Part shown: positions 26,822 to 37,409 of the stretch, piece by piece | How positions within the stretch are numbered: the first letter of the stretch is position 1 | How the letters are laid out: every line of letters begins with the position of its first letter | Virus record (IMG/VR): IMGVR_UViG_3300009103_000001 | Location: 146,158-210,157 of that record | Reading direction: 5' to 3' (one strand) | DNA length: 64,000 bases | Program-made: the position numbers and the translations under genes | The notes under the pieces: model-generated | Database searches by the model: none | What the model was told of the DNA's origin: nothing | What the model saw: the letters and a program-made list of their open reading frames with translations, nothing else

Positions 26822-29800
26822 ATGGCGAACGAATTTGTAATAAAGAACGGTTTTATCTCCAAGGGAGATTCTATAGTTAATGGAACCATTTCTGGTGAAA
26901 CATTAAATCTTACAACAATACCGACAAACGATAATTCTCAAACACAAGTATTAGTTAGAAATAATACCACAGGTGTGGTAGAATATAGAGACGCATCATC
27001 ATTAAGTGGTGGGTCAGGGACAAATACATTTGTAACAGGAACAACTTTCGCTAGCAATCAATTTGTTACCACAAGAAATGATGGTGTAGATGTATTAAAA
27101 TTTAGTGGTGGGTCAAACGTAACTTTATCCAACCCATCTTCAAACCAAATTAAAATAGATGTTTCTTTACCACCATCTATGAATACGTATGTAACTGGTT
27201 TTACATACAACGATAATAACACATTTACAATATTTGATAACGTTGGTGGGGTATTCCCAGCAACAATTAATCAAGTAAGTGGTTTAACGGTTAATGGTGA
27301 TATTACAGTAACAGGTATATCTAATTTAAATACTGTAACCGCCACCACAATTGATTTTGATTTAAATTATACTGGTGCAACGGCAGAAGGTAGATTGTCT
27401 TGGAACGGAGATGATGGGACACTTGATTTAGGAATGGGTGGTGGAAATGTAACCCAACAAATTGGTCAAGAAATATATTATAAAATTAAAAATCAAAGTG
27501 GGGCAACAATATCTAATGGTAGGGTTATTAGAAATGCGGGTTCGCTTGGTGCATCAGGAAGAATATTAGGTGAGTATATGATTGCGGATGGTACATATCC
27601 TTTCGCAAAAACTTTAGGTATTGCAACAGAAGATATCGCAAATGGTGACGAAGGTTTTGTTACTGAATTTGGTGTTGTTAGAGGAATTGACACCACAGGT
27701 TCTATTTATGGTGAATCTTGGTCAGATGGTGATGTATTATATGTGTCTCCAACCATTGCTGGTGGATTAACAATCGTTGAACCAACCGCACCGAATCAAG
27801 TTTTAGAAATGGGCGTTGTATTAAATTCGGCTATTAATGGTTCTATATTTGTAGATAGACATCTTTCTACTAAGTTAGGTGATATTAGTGATGTAGAAAC
27901 CACAGGTTGTACAAATGGTGATTTAATTGTTTATAACTCCGCAACCACTGTTTGGGAATATAGTAAAGTATTAAATGGTGATTATGATATTAACGGGACA
28001 TTGTCTGCAACAACATATTATGGTGATGGTTCTAATTTAACTGGAATATCTACACAAATAGATACTGGAAATGTTCTTTGGGTTGATAATATATTTGGAA
28101 ACGATGGTACTGCATTAGTAGATAGACAAGATAGACCTTGGGCTAGTATCGCCACCGCTATTAGTAATGCATCTACAAATGATACTATATTAGTTAGACC
28201 AGGTGATTATGTTGAATCATCGTTTACGTTAAACCCAGCGACATCATTAGTAAGTCAAGGTGGGGCTAAAGTAACATCTATCAGTGCGTCAACTACTACA
28301 GGTAATTTTATTACTATTTCAGGTTCTTCTTATATGGAAGGATTTACAGTTTATACCCCCACAGATGATTCCGCAGCATTATATATGAACGACTCAACCG
28401 CTGGTATTGTAACCACTTTAAATGATGTACATTTTAAAGGTTCAAGTACAGTATCACCACCTTTAGGTAAGGGTGTTGTTATGGATACGGGATTAGCTGG
28501 TAATGGTAAAATTATATATAGAGAACTTAGATATGGTGGTGGTAATTTAAATATATTAGCTGAAGTTAATAAAGGTATTTTTGCATTAGATGGTATGCAT
28601 GTACCAGGTGGAGGAACAGTTAATAAAGCCATCCAAATGAATGGTGGTAGAGGTCAATTAATTAATGTTAATGTTGGTAACCCCTCTTGCGATACTGCAT
28701 TAAGTGTTAGTGGTACATCTTCAAACAAACCAGTTGTTGCGGGATTTGGTTTTAACATATTTAATGTTCCAATAGGGATAGAAATAACATCAGATGACTA
28801 TGATGTTGAGGTTCAACAAGGTAGATTAGATGCTGGAACTACAAACGTATTAGTGTCAAGTGGTGTTACAGGGTCAAATGGTAAATTAAATCTAACCTCA
28901 TTTTCAATGGATTCAACAAAGTTGTCTATTCCGTATGGTTGGGTTGATTCACCACACACATTTCAATTTTCAGATATTGGTAATTCACAAAATATTGAAC
29001 CTATTTTAAGAAGTTGGTCAAACTTTGAGGTTGGTCATGCAAATAAGGGGTTTGAAACCAATCTTGGTCGTGGTTCTGAATATCAGAATGGGTTACATGT
29101 TCATAGTAGTGGAACAACAGGTACAACACACCTTTCAATGTCTGCCAAAACAGAGGGTGTTACTTGGTCTTTTGAGTCATTAACCGCTGGAGAACAACTT
29201 TATATTGGTAGTGAAGAAAAATATTCTAATGGTGAATTTGTTAGATTTAACGGTTTTGAGGTTGGTTATACTGGTTCGACTGGTGGGACATATACAATAG
29301 AATATTATTCTGGTGGTACTTGGGTAGATGTAAAATATCAAGTAGTACACCATAATTTAGGTTATAATTACGCAAATACATTGTTTTCTAGGTCGGTTGA
29401 TTCTTTGGAGGATATTAGGATTGGTATAGATGAGAATAGTGGTTGGGAAAGTACAACACTTTTTGGTCATGAGGCAAAATGGATTAGAATTACAATGGTT
29501 ACACCTCCAGCATCCTTACCCCAATTTGATTTATTGTGGTTGGAACCATCACATACAGAAGTTAATGATAATGGTATATTAAATTTTTACGGTAATGCTC
29601 TATATAGGGACACATTAGTTTCTGCTGGTAATATATTTGGTTTAGATGGTGCGGTTACAGATGCATCAATAACGGTTGGTTCTACGGTAACTTGGGACCA
29701 TATTATGGAAAACTCACAATTTAATACTTCGGGTATGATGGGCACTCAACCAGGTGATGCAATAATGTTACAAAGTATTCTACCTAAAGGTACTTGCACA

Positions 29801-30211
29801 GCATACCCTTTAAGAGTAATTATACATTATATTTTAACAGGTAGTGGCCCATTAACTACTTTACCAGAAATAACTTTATCCGTTGTTGGGAAAGAGACTT
29901 ATAATAATTTTAACGCAGACCCAGCAGGTGGATTGGCACCAACAAGGAGAACTTTAACAAATACAAATGATTTAACTACTGGTGGTGAGGAAGTAAATAT
30001 AGAATTAGGAGAACTAGCTGATTTTTCATCAGAATATCTTTCTGTTACTGAAGAATATGATTTTGACATATCTTCATTATATGAAAGTGATGGGGTATTT
30101 ATAAGAATAGAATTTTTTGATGAGGGTGTACCCTCACAAACAATAACATTTCCCGCAATTGAAGCTTCAATTGTTAAATGGGCATTGGGTGATAGAATAA
30201 GAGTAGAATAA
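26822..30211 (+). CDS. Tail fibre/spike protein, paralog of the 12176-17122 protein
   Basis: Shares PTNDNS.TQ...EY, TFVTGTTFASNQ, SATTYYGDGSNLTGIST and the beta-helix entry motif (LWVDNIFGND...RPWASI...VRPGDY). Confidence 0.75.
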   Translation: MANEFVIKNGFISKGDSIVNGTISGETLNLTTIPTNDNSQTQVLVRNNTTGVVEYRDASSLSGGSGTNTFVTGTTFASNQFVTTRNDGVDVLKFSGGSNVTLSNPSSNQIKIDVSLPPSMNTYVTGFTYNDNNTFTIFDNVGGVFPATINQVSGLTVNGDITVTGISNLNTVTATTIDFDLNYTGATAEGRLSWNGDDGTLDLGMGGGNVTQQIGQEIYYKIKNQSGATISNGRVIRNAGSLGASGRILGEYMIADGTYPFAKTLGIATEDIANGDEGFVTEFGVVRGIDTTGSIYGESWSDGDVLYVSPTIAGGLTIVEPTAPNQVLEMGVVLNSAINGSIFVDRHLSTKLGDISDVETTGCTNGDLIVYNSATTVWEYSKVLNGDYDINGTLSATTYYGDGSNLTGISTQIDTGNVLWVDNIFGNDGTALVDRQDRPWASIATAISNASTNDTILVRPGDYVESSFTLNPATSLVSQGGAKVTSISASTTTGNFITISGSSYMEGFTVYTPTDDSAALYMNDSTAGIVTTLNDVHFKGSSTVSPPLGKGVVMDTGLAGNGKIIYRELRYGGGNLNILAEVNKGIFALDGMHVPGGGTVNKAIQMNGGRGQLINVNVGNPSCDTALSVSGTSSNKPVVAGFGFNIFNVPIGIEITSDDYDVEVQQGRLDAGTTNVLVSSGVTGSNGKLNLTSFSMDSTKLSIPYGWVDSPHTFQFSDIGNSQNIEPILRSWSNFEVGHANKGFETNLGRGSEYQNGLHVHSSGTTGTTHLSMSAKTEGVTWSFESLTAGEQLYIGSEEKYSNGEFVRFNGFEVGYTGSTGGTYTIEYYSGGTWVDVKYQVVHHNLGYNYANTLFSRSVDSLEDIRIGIDENSGWESTTLFGHEAKWIRITMVTPPASLPQFDLLWLEPSHTEVNDNGILNFYGNALYRDTLVSAGNIFGLDGAVTDASITVGSTVTWDHIMENSQFNTSGMMGTQPGDAIMLQSILPKGTCTAYPLRVIIHYILTGSGPLTTLPEITLSVVGKETYNNFNADPAGGLAPTRRTLTNTNDLTTGGEEVNIELGELADFSSEYLSVTEEYDFDISSLYESDGVFIRIEFFDEGVPSQTITFPAIEASIVKWALGDRIRVE

Positions 30212-30221
30212 ATATATTAAA

Positions 30222-31478
30222 ATGGCAACTACAAATCAATTATTATACACACAAGAGTTTACAGGAACAACATTTACTGTAACACATAATTTAGATAGAT
30301 TAAATTTAGATTATAGAGTTGTTTGTAGTGGTAGTAGTAGACCAGATTTAGTACAATCTATAGAATTTTCGACTGGAAATGAAAGAAATAGTTTTGATGT
30401 TTATTTAACTTCATCTAATGTTGGTGTATTACAAGTATTGGATACTACTAGATATCCAATTAATTTACCTTCACCTGAAAGAATTAATGTAGGTTCTCAA
30501 ATAGGGTTCATTAGTGGAACAACTCTTAATGGTGATATATTAGAATTAAATAGAACTGGTGGTCATCCAGCACTTACAACAGATTTATCTACAATTGATA
30601 CCGATAGATATGTGACTGGTGCAACATTAAATTCAACAACTTTAGAAATAGGAAGAAATGGTGGACTTTCAGCTGTAACGGCAGATTTATCAAGTATAGA
30701 TGGAACTGTTAAGCGGGTTGATGGTGTGGGGACAGTTAATGGGTTAACATTGACTGGTACTATAACTGATAATGGTGATTTAACTTTAGGTGGTACACTA
30801 GCTATAAATGATGGTGATTGGTCTGGAACTGATTTATCTATTACAAATGGTGGTACAGGACAAAGTAACGCACAAGATGCGATAAACGCATTAACTCAAG
30901 TTAGTAGTGCGACAAATGAACATGTATTAACAAAAGACACCTCCACAGGTAATGCGACATGGAAAGCTGGTGGTGGTGGAACAGATAAATTTGTTAGTGG
31001 TGGTACTTTTAATACGGGAACAACTAGTATAGATTTAGTTGGTAACTCTTCAGACACAACATTTAGTGTTGATATGGGAATCATACAACATGATAGACAA
31101 GTCGCTGACATACCTACATGGAGCCCTAGTGGTCCATCGTCATATACTGACATTACTGATGCTACTCTCGACACAGGTAATTTAGGCACAAATGGTGATT
31201 ATATTATAATATTTAACGCTAACTGGCAAGGTAGTGCTAAAAATGAAGAAGCTGATTTTCAGATACTTGTTGGTGGTTCTGTGGTATCAATTAGTGAAAG
31301 GGGTCATTCTAATCATAAAGCTGGTGAAGATTACACAATATCTTCATCTATTATGGTTGAAAATGTTGCTAGTGGTACAACAATTAAAGTACAAGGTAAG
31401 ATAAGTGGTGGTAATTTAACAGTGCAAAGGGGTACATTAATAATTGACGGAATAAGAACAACAAACAATATATCATAA
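30222..31478 (+). CDS. Fibre-like structural protein
   Basis: G/T-rich; contains GGTGQSNAQDAINAL and D.(F/Y)V(S/T)G.T repeats shared with the neighbouring fibres. Confidence 0.6.
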   Translation: MATTNQLLYTQEFTGTTFTVTHNLDRLNLDYRVVCSGSSRPDLVQSIEFSTGNERNSFDVYLTSSNVGVLQVLDTTRYPINLPSPERINVGSQIGFISGTTLNGDILELNRTGGHPALTTDLSTIDTDRYVTGATLNSTTLEIGRNGGLSAVTADLSSIDGTVKRVDGVGTVNGLTLTGTITDNGDLTLGGTLAINDGDWSGTDLSITNGGTGQSNAQDAINALTQVSSATNEHVLTKDTSTGNATWKAGGGGTDKFVSGGTFNTGTTSIDLVGNSSDTTFSVDMGIIQHDRQVADIPTWSPSGPSSYTDITDATLDTGNLGTNGDYIIIFNANWQGSAKNEEADFQILVGGSVVSISERGHSNHKAGEDYTISSSIMVENVASGTTIKVQGKISGGNLTVQRGTLIIDGIRTTNNIS

Positions 31479-31479
31479 T

Positions 31480-32214
31480 ATGAATTATAATTTATTTGCA
31501 TATAATATTAGTGGACAAACAGTAGGGGTAGATATAAATTCTTGGTGGCCCGAAGAATTAAATGGTAACGAACCATTTGTTTTAGTTAGTGGTCAAACAT
31601 TTAATGGGTATGATAATATAACCTCAATTGAGGATATGTATAATTGGGGGTCTAACCCTTGCGGTAGTTATCAAACTTGGCAAAAAGGTGTTAGATTATG
31701 TGGTTATGAAACTGGTTGGACAGCAATGACAGATACAGAAAAGGATATTATTATAGATATGTATGCATATCCAGAAGGTTCAACGGAAATAGTAACTTAT
31801 TTGGTAATAACAAAAGGGATGACAGTTAATGAAGCAGAAGATTATTTAATTGATAAGTGGCACATCTATTGGAATAGTTTCTTGGAAGATTGTCCAGAAA
31901 GATGGAGTAATGCGGCTAAGGTTACTGTAGGTTATTTACCATTTAGTGCATCATCACAATTATTAGATACAGTAAATGTACTGGTTGACAAATATATTGT
32001 TGCTGGAAGATTGGGGATTGGTTATGGTGATACAAGTGATGGGTTAATGAATTTCATTATGTCATCAAGTGGTTACGTTGGAAATGGATTAGAAGAATAT
32101 TGTACTTCACAAGGGTTTACACTAAAGAAAGGTGATTATGATAATTTTAGATTGGATTTACAAAATACTATAATTGACCCTTATTTTTGGCCTGAGATAG
32201 AACAATATATTTAA
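31480..32214 (+). CDS. Hypothetical protein (possible fibre-associated)
   Basis: 244-aa ORF 1 nt after the previous stop. Confidence 0.7.
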   Translation: MNYNLFAYNISGQTVGVDINSWWPEELNGNEPFVLVSGQTFNGYDNITSIEDMYNWGSNPCGSYQTWQKGVRLCGYETGWTAMTDTEKDIIIDMYAYPEGSTEIVTYLVITKGMTVNEAEDYLIDKWHIYWNSFLEDCPERWSNAAKVTVGYLPFSASSQLLDTVNVLVDKYIVAGRLGIGYGDTSDGLMNFIMSSSGYVGNGLEEYCTSQGFTLKKGDYDNFRLDLQNTIIDPYFWPEIEQYI

Positions 32215-32261
32215 CCTTTATTTTTACTTTAAACTTACTATTTTAATATAAAATTTAAGTT

Positions 32262-32672
32262 TTGGATAGAGTTTTATTTAAATCTAATAAAATAGGTATT
32301 AAAAAATCACCCATACATGGTTGGGGTGTATTTGCATTGGAAGATATTGAAATTGGTGATTTGATTGAGGAATGTCTCTATGTTCCAATAGAAACCTATA
32401 ATGAGGGTGATGTGATAATACATTATTCATTTCCCTATCCAAGAATTTTTGGTGAGATTAAAGATAGTAATAAAAAAATAGATAAAATAATTCAAGTAAT
32501 AGTATTAGGGTATGGTTCATTATATAATCATTCTCTAACACCAAATATTGATTATGTAACTAATACTGAATTAGGTGTGTTTGAATTTATATCGTTTAAA
32601 AAAATAAAAAAAGGAGAAGAATTATTTATAAAATATCATAATAATCCAGATTTTATAAAAGAGAAAAAATAA
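32262..32672 (+). CDS. SET-domain protein (lysine methyltransferase)
   Basis: SPIHGWGVFA, YNHS..PN and IKKGEELFIKY motifs; TTG start. Confidence 0.88.
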   Translation: MDRVLFKSNKIGIKKSPIHGWGVFALEDIEIGDLIEECLYVPIETYNEGDVIIHYSFPYPRIFGEIKDSNKKIDKIIQVIVLGYGSLYNHSLTPNIDYVTNTELGVFEFISFKKIKKGEELFIKYHNNPDFIKEKK

Positions 32673-33322
32673 TGGAAGCAACATTTAAAATAAACATGGT
32701 GGATATTTGTGACATCCAATTAGGTGACCATTTTAATACATTAGTAAACAAATATTCTAATATTGCACAAACTTTAAATCCTGATAAATTTAATAAAGAA
32801 GAATTAGATTTAAACTTTCCTTATATAGAATCTAAACAACGTAAGTATTATGGTTTAGTAGAAACACTATGGAATAGTGGGTTATTAAAAGATAATATGA
32901 AAATTATAGATTTAGGTTGTGGTTTATGTACAACATTATATAATTTAAATTTACAATTTAAAAATTATAATATACCATCTAGTTTTTATGGTGTAGAATA
33001 TAATGAAGAGTTATTAAAAATATTTACCAAATATTTAAGTCCTCTTTGGGAAAATAATTTCCCTAAATTTGCTTTAGGCGATATTATGGACTGTGATTTG
33101 TCACAATACGATTTAATATTATCATATCAACCATTTAAAGATTTAGAATTATTAGAAAAAATGTATAATAAAGTTTTTAGTGAAATGAAATCTGGTTCTG
33201 TTTTTCACGAACACAATTATAAAGATAGAGAAGAAACTTTACTAAGAAGTGTCAATAATAACATTGAACCGAAAATATCTTTATTTGGTGGTGAAAAACA
33301 ACCTTTATTTATAAAAAAATGA
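32672..33322 (+). CDS. Class I SAM-dependent methyltransferase
   Basis: IDLGCG, YGVEYN, GDIMD and YDLILSY motifs. Confidence 0.8.
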   Translation: MEATFKINMVDICDIQLGDHFNTLVNKYSNIAQTLNPDKFNKEELDLNFPYIESKQRKYYGLVETLWNSGLLKDNMKIIDLGCGLCTTLYNLNLQFKNYNIPSSFYGVEYNEELLKIFTKYLSPLWENNFPKFALGDIMDCDLSQYDLILSYQPFKDLELLEKMYNKVFSEMKSGSVFHEHNYKDREETLLRSVNNNIEPKISLFGGEKQPLFIKK

Positions 33323-34266
33323 AAGCATTAGTAGTTTCAGGTGGTGGTAGCAAGGGCGCCTTTGGTGGTGGTGTTGCACAATACCTAATAGAAAAAGAAA
33401 AAAAAGAATACGATTTATTAATAGGGACTTCCACTGGTAGTTTACTTGTACCATTTATTGCCATAAAAAAAATGGATACATTAAAAGAGGCATACACAAC
33501 TGTTACCCAAAAAGATATTTTTAATGTTAACCCATTTAAAGTTAAAAGTGATGCAAATGGTGTAGTTAAAGTGGGGATTAATTTTAAAAATGTTTTATGG
33601 AATATATTGGTTAGGAGGAAGAAGTCATTTGGTGATGCAGATAATCTTAAAAAATTGATAAGGAGATTTATGAGTGAAAAAGATTATAGAAAAATAAAAG
33701 ATTCGGGTAGAGAAGTAATTTGTACCACCACAAACCTAACATTAGGTAAACCAGAATATAAATCAACAAAAGAATATGGGTATAAGGATTTTTGTGATTG
33801 GACATTAGCTTCAGCAACAGTACCACCATTTATGAGTGTGGTAGAAAAGGATGGTTATGAATATGCGGATGGAGCAATATTGGAACATGCTGCGATACAA
33901 GAAGCGATAAATAGAGGGGCGAAAGAAATAGATGTTATTATTCTTAGAAAGGAAGAAACTGAATTACCCCCAGAATTAATTAGAAATGCTTTTCACTATA
34001 TATTTAGAACAATAGATTTAATGATGTTGGAGATAGGTAGGTCTGATGTTCAGATTGGTAAATTAAAATCTAAAAAAAATGATGTTAAATTAAATTTTTA
34101 TTATACACCAAGAAAACTTACCAACAATTCTTTGATATTTAATAAAGAGAACATGTCGAGTTGGTGGGAAGAAGGTTATATGTCCGCAAGAAAGAGATTT
34201 TGTAAGTCATATAATTTATGTGGCAAGAAAAAGGCTAAGTTAACATATGATGGTACAATAGATTAA
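33319..34266 (+). CDS. Patatin-like phospholipase
   Basis: GGGSKG, GTSTG (catalytic Ser) and DGA (catalytic Asp). Confidence 0.92.
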   Translation: MKALVVSGGGSKGAFGGGVAQYLIEKEKKEYDLLIGTSTGSLLVPFIAIKKMDTLKEAYTTVTQKDIFNVNPFKVKSDANGVVKVGINFKNVLWNILVRRKKSFGDADNLKKLIRRFMSEKDYRKIKDSGREVICTTTNLTLGKPEYKSTKEYGYKDFCDWTLASATVPPFMSVVEKDGYEYADGAILEHAAIQEAINRGAKEIDVIILRKEETELPPELIRNAFHYIFRTIDLMMLEIGRSDVQIGKLKSKKNDVKLNFYYTPRKLTNNSLIFNKENMSSWWEEGYMSARKRFCKSYNLCGKKKAKLTYDGTID

Positions 34267-34415
34267 TATTCACCATAAATATCTTTCTTAGGGGTACATT
34301 TTTCTCTTATTAACTTCTCAACAAAGGAGAACATTTTAAGGCCGTTTTTTTCACAATAGTCTTTTAATAATTTATGTGAATGAGGTGTTATTTTTAGGTT
34401 TTTAGTTCTTTTCAT
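34263..34415 (-). CDS. 50-aa ribbon-helix-helix-like DNA-binding protein (not in ORF track)
   Basis: MKRTKNLKITPHSHKLLKDYCEKNGLKMFSFVEKLIREKCTPKKDIYGEY: strand, helix, Gly turn, helix. Stop interlocks (TTAA) with the patatin stop. Confidence 0.7.
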   Translation of the reverse strand: MKRTKNLKITPHSHKLLKDYCEKNGLKMFSFVEKLIREKCTPKKDIYGEY

Positions 34416-34459
34416 TAGCTTTTCTTTATAAGTATGACAAAAGTAAGACTTTTATCTCA

Positions 34460-34489
34460 TTTATTTTGTGGTATATACCACAAAATAAA
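34460..34489. promoter_or_regulatory. Perfect 30-bp palindrome TTTATTTTGTGGTAT-ATACCACAAAATAAA
   Basis: Checked base by base. Lies between the divergent RHH gene and the tail sheath gene; operator or hairpin role is inferred. Confidence 0.75.
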
Positions 34490-34553
34490 ATTTTTGGGTT
34501 TTTAAGTAATATTTATATAAAAAATAACTTAGAAACAAAAAAATAAAAATTAA

Positions 34554-37337
34554 ATGCCTGATAATAAGATATTCGTATCACCTGGTGTATTTACATCTGA
34601 AAAAGATTTAAGTTTTGTAGCCCAACAAGTTGGTGTTACCACATTAGGTGTGGCTGGAGAAACTGTAAAAGGACCAGCTTTTGAACCCATATTTATAACA
34701 AACTATGATGAATACACAACAATATTTGGTGGATTAAATCCAGCTAAATTTAGTGATAACAAACCAAAGTATGAAACATCGTATATAGCAAAAAGTTATT
34801 TATCACAATCAAATCAACTTTTTATTACAAGAATTTTAGGTCTTACTGGTTATGACGCTGGTTCGGCTTGGATGATTACAACGGACGCTAATTACGACCC
34901 AGATACAATAGTTACTGGTACTACATCAGCGTTTAGGGCTGATTTTAGTGGTGGAACAACATATTTTAATTTTACCGATACTTTTGGTCCAGGTGGAGCT
35001 GTTGACGCGATGTGGTTATATAGTTTAGGTTTATTCCCTAATGGACCAACCTTAACAACAGAAGCCGTACCTGGTATTACCACAACATACCCAGAAGGTA
35101 TTGTTTTCACAAAAACAGCACCAACAACATTTAGTGGTACTTCAGCGATAGTTACATTATTAAGTGGTTCTAGTTTAAGTGGTACTATAACTGGTACAAC
35201 TACAGATTATACAGCGACAGCATACACAGAATATGAAGGTATTGTATTAGCTATGTTAAGGTCAAGAGGTAGTGTTTCTAGTGATGTGTTATCATACGAT
35301 ACTTTACAAACAAGTGGTGGTGTTGAAATAAATATTAATGGAGCATCTACTGACCCAGAAGCTGATTTTGAATTATCCGCAACAACATCTAGTAGTGTTG
35401 TTAAATATGATGTGTCTTTAGATACTACAGCAAGAAATTATATAACTAGAGTATTGGGTACGGATTGTTTTGATAAAGACGCTTTAATATTTGTAGAAGA
35501 ACAATACCCAAATTTATTGGCAGATTTAATATCCAATAACTATATTTTAGGGTTAAATGGTACTTTAGCTTTTACAACTGATTTTGACAACTATCAACAA
35601 CAATGGCAAACACCTGAAACACCATGGGTTGTTTCTGAACTACGTGGTAATGTTGTAGATAAATTATTTAAATTTATAACAATATCGGATGGTAATTCAG
35701 CAAATAAAGAAATTAAAATTTCTATTCAAAACATTAAACCAGATACTAAACAATTTGATGTTGTTGTTAGAGAATTTTATGATACAGATTCTAGACCTTC
35801 AATTGTTGAAAGGTTTGCTAAATGTGTTATGGACCCAACTGATGACAATTATGTAGCTAGAAGAATAGGTACAGCAGATGGTGAATTTAGTTTAAGAAGT
35901 CAATATATAATGGCGGTTATGAATGAGGACGCACCAATAGACGCTTTCCCAGCAGGATTTGAAGGTTACATTGTTAGAGATTATGACGCTGGTGTTTTAC
36001 CACCTAGTTTAGTTTATAAAAACACTTATGACCCAACAAATGAAAGAATTAAAAAGGTTTATTTAGGACTTTCTAATACTGTAGGTATAGACCAAAATAT
36101 GTTTAACTGGAAAGGTTATACTAATGACAGTACACCAAATCAATGGACGGCAACAACTAGTGGTTTCCATATGGATAGTGGGGCAACTATAGCCGGTGAT
36201 TTTGTTGTTGGGTGTTGTCCTTTTAGAACTACAGCTGGAATTGAAGGTACTAATTATGAATCTATTTTCTCTAGAAAATTTACTTTCGCACCTTACTTAG
36301 GGTTTGATGGTTGGAATTGTTATAGACAATCAAGAACAAATACTGATAGGTATAAGGTTGGTAAAGCAGGGTTTACAGCAGGTTTAGCTTCAACTGAATT
36401 TACACAGTATGGTTCTGATTTAGGTAATTCAGATTATTACGCTTACTTAGAGGGTATAGAAACTTATCAAAATCCAGAAGCGGTTAATATAAACGTATTA
36501 GCAACACCTGGTATAGATTACTCAGAAAATGAAGACCTTGTAGCATTAACAATCGATATGGTGGAAGAAGATAGAGCTGATTCAGTGTATATTTTGACAT
36601 CACCAGAAGGTGTAACTTATGATAATAGTGCTCAACTAACTGGTATAGGGTTTACTACAGCAGATGTTCTAGCACCAGAAGATATTGTTGACTTATTAGA
36701 TGTGGCAGATATTGATTCTAATTATACAGCAACATATTGGCCTTGGATTCAAGAAAGAGATACAGAAAATAGTTTAAATGTTTGGTTACCACCAACATTA
36801 GAAGTTGTTAGAAATATAGCTTTAACAGATAACGTATCTTTCCCTTGGTTCGCTTCAGCTGGTTATACAAGAGGTCTTACAGAAGCTCTTCAAGCTAGAC
36901 TTAAACTTACTGAGGAAATGAGAGATACATTATATGAAGGAAGAATTAACCCAATGGCAACATTCTCAGACCAAGGGGTTGTGATTTGGGGTAATAAAAA
37001 CCTACAAATTAAAGATTCTTCTTTAGATAGACTTAACATTAGAAGATTGTTATTACAAACAAGAAAATTAATTTCAGCAGTAGCTGTTAGATTATTGTTC
37101 GAACAAAATGACCAAATAGTTAGAAATCAATTCCAAAACTTGGTTAACCCAATATTGGAAAATATTAAAAGAGAAAGAGGTTTAGCTGATTTTAGAATTC
37201 AACTATCTGATGACCCAGAAGAAATTGATAGAAATGAGTTAAGAGGTAAAATATTCTTAAAACCAGTACCTTCATTAGAATTTATTATATTAGAGTTTAA
37301 TGTAACTTCTACTGGGGCTTCTTTTGATGATGTATAA
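34554..37337 (+). CDS. Contractile tail sheath protein
   Basis: FVSPGVFTSEKDLS N-terminus; YWPWI, WFASAGYTRG, INPMATF, VIWGNKNL and LNIRRLLL. Confidence 0.95.
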   Translation: MPDNKIFVSPGVFTSEKDLSFVAQQVGVTTLGVAGETVKGPAFEPIFITNYDEYTTIFGGLNPAKFSDNKPKYETSYIAKSYLSQSNQLFITRILGLTGYDAGSAWMITTDANYDPDTIVTGTTSAFRADFSGGTTYFNFTDTFGPGGAVDAMWLYSLGLFPNGPTLTTEAVPGITTTYPEGIVFTKTAPTTFSGTSAIVTLLSGSSLSGTITGTTTDYTATAYTEYEGIVLAMLRSRGSVSSDVLSYDTLQTSGGVEININGASTDPEADFELSATTSSSVVKYDVSLDTTARNYITRVLGTDCFDKDALIFVEEQYPNLLADLISNNYILGLNGTLAFTTDFDNYQQQWQTPETPWVVSELRGNVVDKLFKFITISDGNSANKEIKISIQNIKPDTKQFDVVVREFYDTDSRPSIVERFAKCVMDPTDDNYVARRIGTADGEFSLRSQYIMAVMNEDAPIDAFPAGFEGYIVRDYDAGVLPPSLVYKNTYDPTNERIKKVYLGLSNTVGIDQNMFNWKGYTNDSTPNQWTATTSGFHMDSGATIAGDFVVGCCPFRTTAGIEGTNYESIFSRKFTFAPYLGFDGWNCYRQSRTNTDRYKVGKAGFTAGLASTEFTQYGSDLGNSDYYAYLEGIETYQNPEAVNINVLATPGIDYSENEDLVALTIDMVEEDRADSVYILTSPEGVTYDNSAQLTGIGFTTADVLAPEDIVDLLDVADIDSNYTATYWPWIQERDTENSLNVWLPPTLEVVRNIALTDNVSFPWFASAGYTRGLTEALQARLKLTEEMRDTLYEGRINPMATFSDQGVVIWGNKNLQIKDSSLDRLNIRRLLLQTRKLISAVAVRLLFEQNDQIVRNQFQNLVNPILENIKRERGLADFRIQLSDDPEEIDRNELRGKIFLKPVPSLEFIILEFNVTSTGASFDDV

Positions 37338-37346
37338 TAAAAACAA

Positions 37347-37382
37347 TAAAAAGGGGATTAAATTAATTTTTTTCCCTTTTTT
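37347..37382 (+). terminator. Possible intrinsic terminator after the sheath gene
   Basis: AAAAAGGGGA...TCCCTTTTTT, an imperfect stem with a long loop. Confidence 0.4.
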
Positions 37383-37409
37383 AATATATTTATAGTAAAA
37401 TAGAATATT

